From Phoronis australis (taxonomy: Eukaryota > Animalia > Phoronida): DNA of 64,000 nucleotides. Shown here one piece after another: positions 12,997 to 24,200 of this stretch. Below the pieces are notes generated by a model. The model searched no databases. It was not told the origin of the DNA and was given only the letters and a program-made list of their open reading frames with translations. The stretch's first letter is position 1. Each line of letters opens with the position of its first letter. Both the position numbers and the translations under genes were made by a program. Location: NCBI GenBank assembly GCA_002633005.1, contig NMRA01000579.1, positions 124,001 to 188,000 of the forward strand. Direction: 5' to 3'.

Positions 12997-14793
12997 CTGA
13001 AAGAGTTAAATAACAGCTGTTAGTAAAAACAACGACTGATTTCAACCGGCTCGACAAGTTTCGGCATTTATTAAAACACCTTCCTCTGACAGAAGAAAAA
13101 AATGGCCACCTTGCTAGGCCCAACAACAAGTAATAGTACACAGACACACAGTCAGTTACAGGCGAGTTACCGCTTTATGATACGCGTTGCACAGCGGTCT
13201 TAACAACTGAATTTGCATAAACCATGATTCACATTTGTGGCACAGACATTTGTAAGCCACGATGAAACCGAATCCTGAGCAGTTTGGGATTTGAAATAAT
13301 ATGTACACAGGCATTCACAAGTCCGACACATAACTGCAGTTGCACGCTTTATTAGGACAATTGAAAGTCCTGACTTTTATATAACTGGGAAAAGCGTATG
13401 AACCCAGCTCTGCGAAAAATAAACTTTTAGTTTCGACCACTTTCCGTCATAATGGTCTGAAATCTTACTCAAAATGGAAATGCTGAGGATTTCTGGCCTT
13501 TGGGCATAGGTGGTTCAAAATGTTGGATTGACCTGGCAGGTCATTATACTCACAGAATATAGAACATAAGCAATCATGATGAAATGTTTTAGTTCTTCAA
13601 AAACCAAGAAACCTGAGAAAGGAAAATGTTGCGCTTCATATGATTACTGGTCTTGATCATAAGTTTTTAGTCCTTTTGGCACGACATTAAATTGTCGTGA
13701 CGGATCGGCCCAAGTTGGCAGGCAGACAACTCTGGGCAGTCACAAAACCACAAGTTCTTCCACTCAATTAATCTTTATTGTACTTTAATCTGACAGCATT
13801 AGGATCAGAGTTGCCTGAAGAATCAAGAAGTTTGATTTCTTTTTCTTCCCTTTTTGTGGGGACAGAAACCAAGCCAGTGATATTAGTGTATTCAGTGTAT
13901 ACTCCTTCAAGCCCCTATGTTCGCTTCACAGTCAAAATAGCGTTATGAGTTTGTTTTTTCAGCTCAAAGCAATGTTAAAAAACGATGCTTAAATTGACTA
14001 TGAACCGCTTTCCATCACAATAACTAACCTCTCACTCAGACCCCTTACCAATTACGAAATTGTTCCTTAAATTCAAAATACAGTAGGTATGACTCAAGGG
14101 CTTGAAAAGAGCTGACGGCTCGTTATTGCTCTGGACCAGGCTTTGCAAGTCCATTCGCCACGGCGCACCGTGAGATTAGCTGAGCATGATCTCAAGGTAT
14201 AACATGCCGTCAGCTCTTAGCAAGTTCAGAAATCTCTTTCTCTCTTTCATTCAACTGCACAGTGCTTCAGGTGACTGTCTTGTCCTGCAAATCAAAACGT
14301 CATTAAAACCTGCGCTTTCTGTCAAAAAAGCAAGTTTCGATTAAGGAACACGACAAGACCAATTTTGTAACGGTAACTGACCCAAATGAAAACTTGCAAT
14401 CTTGACGTGATTTCTGAAAAGCGGTTTTAATGCCGTTTTAAACATATTTTTCTAATTCTTAACTGGAGAACCAAAACCAACAGCTAGAAAACAATGTACT
14501 CATGTGAAAGGATCAATGTTATGTTGAGTGATGAGACAGACCAATTTTTGAATGAACTCATTGCCATTTTCGAATTTCAAGTGGATTAATCACAACAAAA
14601 TCCACAGCAATCTGACACGTTTATTAACCAGCTGAAGGATTGTTCTTGGTAACACTAAACAAACCTATCACTGTAAGGACATTTTTCAGACCCATTTTGT
14701 AAAAGGAAAGGGCCTACGTCGATCTTCATTTTTTAGCTACCTACACTAGGCAAAGTGCAGCTTCAATAGTACGTCACTACATAACCAACTTAC

Positions 14794-14821
14794 CATTTCC
14801 ACTACTGCTTTTGGTACTCAT
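14794..14821 (-). CDS. Candidate first coding segment of the zinc-finger gene (MSTKSSSGN)
   Basis: Exon 14794-14846 is bounded by ttttacag| and G|gtaagt. ATG at 14821, phase-1 end joins in frame to 12996. Confidence 0.4.
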
Positions 14822-17800
14822 TCTTGTTAAGCTTTTTATCACACGTCTGTAAAATTTAATTAAATTAAATAGAATTACTATAAATACAAATTTCGCCAAG
14901 CACACAAATATATTTGCTCTACCCAGTTCAAAGTCAATCGATCGTAATTTGCTTTACAACTGCACACTGGAAGATCGGAAGTTGTACAGAGTGTGAGTGA
15001 GTGTATATCAGGATGTGCATCAGAAAAATACACTCGATGTGTTTTTTATCAAGGTTATGCAGCAGTGTGTTTTTAGTTGTTGCTAGTGGCTGCTAGTGTC
15101 GACTTGACAGATAGATGCTCAGTTGTTTTGTTTCGAAGTTTGAGTATTGAAACAGGAAACCCAGAATCGGGAGACAAAGGAGCGTTGAGTAGATTAAAAA
15201 TACATTCAAATTTATTACTGATGACGGAACAGAATTTATAGCAAACTATTGAACAACTTATCGACTTTTCGGAAAAACCAGGAGACTTACAATATGTCAC
15301 TCATTGTAATTGCGAGCTTGAGGATGGAGGCGGTTTCAGAACCCAGAGTTAGCCCACCAAATCTACAAGTGCGCAGCTTTTTATAGACCAAGAAAATGTG
15401 CGTGAGGAGTCTAAAACATGGAAGACGTAATAGAACAGCCCTAGAAGTTGAGTCAACTAAGAAAGTGGCACGAAGCTGTAACTCATAATTCAGAAAGGGA
15501 GGGCGCCCCCCGTCACATTTCTAATTTCAATTTAAATTCATTGGGCAATGTACACTAGAAACTGTAATGGCTTCTTTCTCAGTGAAATTTTGTAGTTCTT
15601 GCTGAATCTGTAGTGAGGTGCAACATTCTGCATACACCTCTTTCATGGCTGAGAGCACAAAAGTACCTTTGGCTAGACCTAATTTCTAATTCTGAAGATG
15701 GGCAAGAGTTGATAGAAACGAAACACAGTTTCCCTAATTCAAAGAACATTTTGAGACATTGAGCATTTTTGGAAGTCCCACGCTTCAGTAACAGTTAAGA
15801 TTTGGTCGTGGCTGTTGAACATAGTCCGAAATGTTTTGGGTGCACTTCGCCTCACTAACATGTTATGTAAATTTTTATCAAGATCACACTGTCTTGGAAT
15901 TATTTTTTCTTTAATGACGACAAATTGCCAAATAGTTGCAATATTAATGTGGTGACATCAATTTGAGAAATTAATCTTTGATTATTGGTTAACTGTTTGA
16001 AGGAGAGATAATTGCCAGACTTTAGGTCTCACATGCCTCCATGGTTCAATTCCAATTGACATTTGGAGTACAGTGTACAATTAAAATTTCTTTTTTATGT
16101 CAAATGTACCTCTAATTTTCAAATTCGCCAAATCCCAATATCAAAGTGAAAATTTGACAGCAAACTTGCACGCAAAGATCTACACAACTCCAGTTATTTT
16201 GAAGTGTGCTGTCTCCATCTCAACCTGTCTAGCACATGAATGACTCCCTGTACTCAGTAACACTCTGTAGAATTCCGTTTGATCTCGAGCACGATAAAAT
16301 TAATGGAAGTCAGGTGTCCACTGGGTTTGATGATTTATCATTGCAAAAACGCAAGATCAGTCCTAGTAAGAATTATTATCACCCTTATATAGCAAGCGAA
16401 GAATATGATCACAATAGTTTTCCTTGAGCTAGCGTACACTGAACTTTAACAGCACAGTTCTCCATTACGTTGAATGGATGTACAATAGAATCGCTTCACA
16501 ACAAACCCCATTTCTTACGTTTACGCGCTTCTCCACTTCAGAAATCAAATTTTCTCTTATGAAAAATATCTTTTCGACACTTTAATTTTAATGAACACGG
16601 ATATATAACATTCACATGGTTAACATGTCAGTACCAATTTCGACATCTCAGCAGGTAACCGTACTAGTCATCAACTTACAGTGAACCAGCGTGAGCAAAG
16701 CTAAACATTCATCATGTGCCAGTGCAGACTCTTGCATTTCATATTTGTGCACATTGCGTGTGGTACAAGCTCATTATTCATTGCACATAACGTTACTATG
16801 AAAATAGCAAGTAAACGGTTATGTTTCAGATTTTCTCTAAAATGTTGATTCGAATACAGCAAACCTGGGTTACAAAGAGAACATATACCCTGTAATGTTT
16901 GTTGTAATGAGGTTCGACTGTATCAGAAAGTCTTAGCTAGCCGGGTAAATTGTTCGACTTAAGATGAATTGAAGATGCATCTACGGCCCTTAAAGGTATC
17001 CCTCTGGGTTTGTAAGATGCTTGTACTGACAGGACTTTGATAGTTTAGCCAGAGTGATGATAATTTGAAGAAAAATGTTCAACACACACATGGCATATTA
17101 AAATGAGTGGAGTGTCTATTGCGGCAGTGTGGTCCATAATTATCATGTCAGCCCATTTCAAACTCAACTCGATGATGTCATTTTTCATGAGGCACAGCTT
17201 TACGTCAGCATAGCCATATAGGAATGCATATGTACTAGTACCAGTGCACTCAATATTAAAATCTTAAGTGTATGCTAAGTTAAAGTTATTGACGAATTAT
17301 ACAGATAAAAATGACACGTATATGCTACGACTCAATAAGTTATGTTTATTATGTGAATAAGGGGGGATTCTAAATGATGCAAAAACAAGTATGTCAATTG
17401 TATGAAGATGAGTATATTTTTGTTATCAGCTGAGTGCCAACTATTAATTATAAACGTAAAAGAAGATTATGTCGTTGGCATTAATGTTTGCGGTTCACCT
17501 ACTGCAAAACAACTGTATAAAACAAAATATTAGCAACAGCAATTTAAAACAGTCTCAATCTACAAGAGACATACAAAGCACAGAAGCCATGTTGAAATAT
17601 TGATTCAAAATGGCTACTCAAGAACACATAACCCAAGCAAACATTTACTCATATAACCACTAGTAACAGGTACCCATCTGTCAAACATTCATAACATTTC
17701 CCAGACTTACCAAAGAATAAGTTGCTTTATAAAACTAAATTGCAACAGAATGCTTTTATTTTTCTGTGCACCCAAGCCCTGTGCCTTTGACCAAGCCATG

Positions 17801-17984
17801 CCTGGGACTTACAGATGTGTATCACGTGACATGTTAGTGTACCCACAATGCACCTGGAATACACATGTTAGTTCATGGGTCGGTAGTCGGGCATACATGA
17901 GGAAACGACAACAAAAGAAGTGTGCAGTGAACCCAACACAGCTATAACTGTGTCGGCACCAGCTCTGACTGAGTAGACTGCAAT

Positions 17985-18283
17985 ATGGTGGCTTTTGCGC
18001 TCTGTTTTATTGACGTTTTGTTGTTCATTGCTCCGACGTTGTGCGCCTCGGATGTGGAGTCTCCGGCGGAATACGTTAGCGTTGCCGGAGTTGATGATCC
18101 ACCCGGTCATTTGAAACCACTGGGGTCCCACAGGCCGCCTGAGTCACCAATCGACGTCATCGACTATACCCCTGACCCAGTATGGTTTTATGAAAATTAC
18201 GTTAAACTCGGCAAACCATTGCTAATGAAGGGTCAAGCAACCAAAATCCCCGCGTTTCATCTGTGGACGGACGACTATCTCAG
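17985..18283 (+). CDS. JmjC gene exon 1 (signal peptide, PPGHLKPLGSHRPP, FYENYVKLGKPLLMKG)
   Basis: Hydrophobic N-terminus MVAFALCFIDVLLFIAPTLCA. Donor CAG|gtaggc in phase 2. Confidence 0.9.
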
Positions 18284-21200
18284 GTAGGCCTGTTGTATTT
18301 AATTAACGTTGCAGTTGTGAAGGGGGTTATGTTCATTGGTCATAACCATCTGTTCCATCTGTACGACTTTGAGTATGTTACAGATATGTCTTTGCATGGG
18401 AAATTTTTAGAACACCTGTGTTTTGACGGGCATCAGAGACAGATATCTACTGTAGCGTAACACTATGCAGTCATACTAGACTAGTCATAGACTGGTGCCA
18501 CTGTCTTGAACTGGTCACTGTGTAGACTATGGCCTTCCCACAAGCCATCCATATGCTGAAAATTTTTCGGCGAAATTTCCACCTCACACTGATCAAACCA
18601 TCATCGTCATGTTGCAATAAGTATCTTTTGCACGTAAGCAGTTGGTGTCTTTAAGTCTTCCCAACTTGAACAAAAAATACTCCTGCAATCAAACTTTTTT
18701 GAGTAGTCCTCCATTCAGTCGCAACTGGCCATTTTTGCATTGTTCGCGCCAGAGGATGTGGCGTCATTTTTGTGTTTAAAGACCCTGAAAAAGAGATGGA
18801 GTGGAGTACATGCAACTTAAATGTCAGAACACTTGCACATTTTCGCACTATTCAGATAGACCATGATATAAGAGCTGAACCAGTTTCATCAACTAAGTAA
18901 TGAGGCCGCTATTCGCTATTCAGTGATTGCCTAGTTCTTTAAATCGGGGATTCATTATATGCAACTAGTAGTGCCCACAATTTGTTGTCATGTCCTTAAT
19001 GATAATTGCTGGTTTCATGTTTGTTTTCTCTTGTAAAAAAAAATCAAGATAGTGTTCAAACTGAGATAACTGGACCACATGCCCAAATGTTACATGTTAA
19101 GGTTTTGTTAACTTTCAGGTATCTGGGTCTAATTTTTATACTTTAAATTTTTTTGATATTTGCTATTTTACTGTTTGAGAACTCAATATAAATGTGTATT
19201 ATTGCAAACTTGGACTAGAAACTCATATGCCTAAACCGTAATTGTGCTTGAGCGCAGACTGTTATCGATATACTTATCTTGAGTTCGTTTAAGTCAAACT
19301 TAACTTAGAGTACGGTTTTGACCCTGATGTTAATTGAACAATACAGAAGTTTAGTACGGACGAAAGTAGATAAAATTGACCAAGTTAGTGCTTTCTTATT
19401 TTTCAGTGAAAAGTTTGGCCAAACTAAAATCCAGGTTGAAGTTGGAAAAAAAGAAAATCGTGAAGATGATGTCCTAAATGTCAAACTGGACAGTTTCCTC
19501 AAATACTATGTGAAAAAAAATATTTATATGGTGCAAGATCTCACAGACCCTATGAAAAGTAAGTCAGTGATGTTAAATTTTCAAATTTTTTAGGGATAAC
19601 TTTGGTAAAACTCTAACGACTGTGGAAACCAAGAAAAAAGAAACGCGTGACCCCAATGACGGTCTCTACGTTAAGCTGTCGACTTTTCTCGATTACTATC
19701 GCCACAAAACTATATACATGGTACAGGACCTTACACCCGAGATGATGAGTGAGTACCTGTGGTAAAAGTTCTTCCTTTTTGGGGGACTGAGAAACAATTA
19801 CTTAAGGACCCAGGTGAGCACGAAACCATGGTTGAAAACTTTAAACTAAAATAAATCAAGGTAATGCCCCCTGCTGGAGTAATAGTGAACTACTTTCGGT
19901 TTACGACTTAATGATGTGAATGCTAATAAAAGAAACATTTTGAAACAAACAGTTCCACCCCAAAGCATAAACCAAGACTTCAAATTGCAAAGGTGGTGCC
20001 TGCATGGGACTTTAAACTGCTGTTTACACTTTTAAAAGATTTCGAGCCTGAAGTTTAATTTGTTAAATTTTGTTTGAAGGCAGTTATAACAGTGTGAACC
20101 ATGGTTAAGTAATTAAAAAAGTTTTTGATCAGTTTTGGAGATGTTTCTTAGTCCACAGCATGTTGTGTCCTAAATGAATTTTTCTATGTTTCTGCTGGAG
20201 ATTTATTTATACTTTTTATCATTGACCATACCTAGGCGGGTGTTATTGTAGTTTATCAAATGAACATAACAGTTGGCTGTAAACAGTAATTGCACAGATG
20301 TCGAGTCCTCAGTAACTCAGTGGTGAGAGCACTAGACCGGCAATCCAGAGACCTGTGGTTTGTTTCCCAGTGGGGGTTCCTGATTTTTCTGTGTTTATTT
20401 GACATATTTCACTTCTGGCGAACCTCAGCGTCTTTATATTTGTTATTGATGTTGTTTGACCTAGAATTTTGTAAGACCGCTAAAATTCAAACTAACCCAA
20501 TTTTGTTGACGTCATACATGGAAGCAAGACATGAACTTTGATCCAAGGATGAAATTCCCAAACAAGTGTGTCGTTGTATTCTCTACAATAATCGCAAATC
20601 AATTTTTTTCAGAAACGGTGATTGAATGTCCATGGTTATTGCAAGGAGTTGTGACTTGGGGGAGGTCAAAGGTCATGATATGTTATGATGAAAAAGATTG
20701 GTTTAGAAGCATGCGCGCACCAATTTTTGAGAATGTGTACCTTTTACTAAGATTCACTTGGTGCGTTCAGAGCTATGAATTGCGCATTCGTCGACTTTTG
20801 ATAGTTCTTGCTTTTTGGTGGACTTTTGTCTCGTATTCTACTTTATTTCGTAGTTTTTGGTTTTCTGAGGCAGACCTTTTTGTCTACTTCGCCAAATGGG
20901 GGGGGGGGCTCGTTTGAGCCACCCCTGGCTGTGCACATGAGAAGTGACGAGAATATTGCAAAACGATGTCTCCGTAGTGACATACAACACTATAAGAATA
21001 CTGCCCCACGTTATTGGTGATGGAGGCTCCCGAGAAATTGGGAAACTCAGTTTGGACACCCTATTTTTAAAATCCAGGATGAACCCCTGATCAGGGGTGC
21101 TCACAGCAGTTCTAGTTTCTTGTGAGTTAAGTGAGATCACGCTGACCCCCTTAGATATCCTCATCCGTGGTGTGAATGGTGAACATAATGCTGTGCAGAC

Positions 21201-24200
21201 CTGTGATTGGTTAATTGAATGATTACAGAGGACTTCCACCTGCTGAAGTGTTTGTTGTGTGGTGGCTTCACCGAGTTCCTCAACACTGCTGTCATGTGGT
21301 TCAGTAGCGGGGGAACCAAGTCAGTGCTGCATAATGATAACATCGACAACATAAATTGTATCTTTCAAGGAGCCAAGGACTTTGTATTTATAGACAGGGT
21401 AAGTATTTGGAACACTGTTCAAGTAGTCATGGTCCTTGCTTTCTTGGGTAATTGAATGCATTCACATTATTACACAGCAAAAGTCAAGTCTCTTACTTGT
21501 CCATAAAGTTTTATCTTGAGGAAATAAAATTGCTCTGTTATGTGCGTGCGTGCTTGCTCGTTTGTTTGTACGCATGTCACATGTTGCATCTCTCACCCCT
21601 TCGACACGACATTTACTCAGAACATGAATCTTTTTAATAGCTGAAGACTTATTGTTTGTGGGAACATAATTTCCACATAGCAGAAAACATCTAGAAACAC
21701 CTGCTGTAATTCCATTGCATGAACTTTTCATTAACATTGAATACCCGCATGGGTGGACTTATTAGTCAGGGAGCCCAGACAGCTCATTTCCATGTGTGTG
21801 GGTTATAGCACAAGTTTAATTAGATAAAGACAAATGATTGCGAAGTACTTTGCCTGAGTGACAGTGAATTGATTTTCATGATTCAAACACTGATTTCAGT
21901 TACTTGTTTGTGTTTGGCATACATCAAGAACCATTAGTTTTTGAAAATGTGTAGTTTTTCAAAATGAGCTATTTGATGCTTTGACAGGCGGGATTGTTCA
22001 TTAGATTTTGTGACTCTGCGCATCATGAATGATAATCGTTGGGCGATGTTTAAGTCGTGCCACCTCTTGCAGAAAGTCCCTTGTTCGAGCCTTGGTTGGG
22101 AGACAGAGATCTTTTCAGACTTAGCTATAGGTCACGTGATGTTACCAACATATGATTTGTATTGTTCTCCCTGGACGTCAGCTTTATTGAAAAGTCGTTG
22201 TTAACTGCGCTGGAGCTGAGATTTTTTCCTCTGCAATAAGAGTCGATGGTGATTTTTTCCTACTCCTACCCACTACAAAACAGTTCATCGGATCCTTTTA
22301 TAAGAAAAACACAATTTTGTTAGTTTCTGACTTCTGCAGACAGAGCCTGAAATATGAAGATCAGCTCAGAAATTTATAGGCGTCGTGAGATTTTACCATT
22401 AATCGTCGTGACCAATGGTACACTGTTGCCCAAACCCAGTTGTTGCCGGCTGTGATGAGCTAGATAATGTTGACCTGATATCACTTTGTGTGTTGATTAG
22501 GACATGACAATTCAATCTTCTCTCTGAGCTGGCAAACCCAACTTATTGCACATTAAAAATATCGTGTTATGAGTTCATTAGATAGTTGAGCGGCCCTGGC
22601 CAAGTTAATGTTGCGGAATCCAGGGAGTAGAAATAATTCCATGGACAGGTCTCTTTTGTCACCTAACATCTGCAGTCCTGGACCAGTATATGCAAAACCC
22701 ACGGTACAAATTTCATTAGTGTACCCCTAAACATCGTACGCAAGCCGAAAGTATTCCATACCTGGTGACTAAACTGTAAGCTGGCTGGCACCAAACTGCG
22801 CTCATGCATCCATGGTCCAGGTCTGGAGTTTTGTGCTCAAGTCTTCAGTTGTGTCTTCCTGTATGTGAATGAATGAATTAATTTATAAATGATTACTATG
22901 CTTTTACCAGTAGATGGAGCTGGAGGTGATTCTAACAGACACCGTTCATCATATTTGTCGTCTTATTTTTGTAGAAACACAAAGATGCGATAGAGGGCAC
23001 AAAATTTGTCCATGATAAAGGCTACAGTGAAGTAGACGTGGAGAGCGTCGATATGTACAAGTTCCCTAACCTACGAGACATCCCGTGGTACAAAGCTCGC
23101 ATGGAGAAAGGCGACTGCTTCTTCATACCCATGTAGTGAGTAGGACTGCGTGTTATTGATCTTCACAACATGGATTTGCAATGTCCATTAACTAGACACC
23201 TGTAATATCTTATATTCTGAGCTCTGCTTGTGCATTACAATTTGTATATCGTGTGTAGAAACCCTAGCTTTCCATTTTCAAAAGTAGGGAAACTCATCTG
23301 AGCAGTTCACGGTAAAGTTTTGGGGGTGTTCTGTTTTGTCCTTCGCTGATTTATGCCACATTTCTGTTTCGCCCATATCTTGCTGGACCAAGCAAAAGAT
23401 GGGCGTCACATTCAGACAGTGAACTGCTGCTAGAACATGGCTGCTGCATTAGGATTGTCGATTGATTTGTGGCCAGAATATATCGAACTTGATGGGTTGT
23501 AGTAATTTTTGGTAATTAAACAATTATAATAGAATTATGGTATCTACTGCTGAGATATGAAAATGTTGACTTTTGTGCTCATCTTTACGACAAACCACTC
23601 TTGACTAAGTATTAGGAAAATTGGCATGTGTGTTCCTACTGGGAAGAGCATAGCTTGCGATGATTTTCGGATTTTCTCCAATTGCCCCCTAGAACCAGTA
23701 TTTTTCTTGACGGCTTCTGTATCTCTTAGACCTTTTGCAGAATCTTTGTTAAATTTGACTGGTGTATTTCTAAGAACGTGACTACAGATTAGGAAAACTT
23801 TTGGACAGATCAGATTGCCATTGCTTCTCCAGTTGCAAATATAGTCTCTTGTAATTTACACTATTATTTCAGCTGGTACCATCATGTCCACTCATTTGGT
23901 GACACGAGGCGTAACCTGGCAATCAACATCTGGTTTTCACATCTGTTCTGGTTCAACCATACCGACTGCGACGTGAAAAAACCACTGCCGGAGACACAGG
24001 CTCTATCCGACTTCAAGATGGCTTCTAGGACTGAAATGCAGAGGTATGTGTCTACTGTCACTCAATGTGGTGAACTTCACATGATCTGCCTCGGAAATTT
24101 GTGATCGTGTTGGTTTATAAATTTTCCAATCATTCTTACGCAATGGACAGAAGGGTCCCATATTTTGATAACCGGTTTCATGTTCGTTATTCAATGAAGG

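Noticed and set aside
12997-13147. Hydrophobic N-terminus of the 1422-aa ORF as a signal peptide
   Set aside because: It lies upstream of a good splice acceptor at 12996 and is most likely intron read-through.
15200-15250. KFITDDGTEF peptide resembling an integrase catalytic-Asp motif
   Set aside because: Bounded by stop codons with no other integrase motifs nearby, so likely chance.
19594-19748. Exon 2B as an assembly artefact or allelic duplication
   Set aside because: It is too diverged from 2A, with many synonymous differences, and its flanks are unique.
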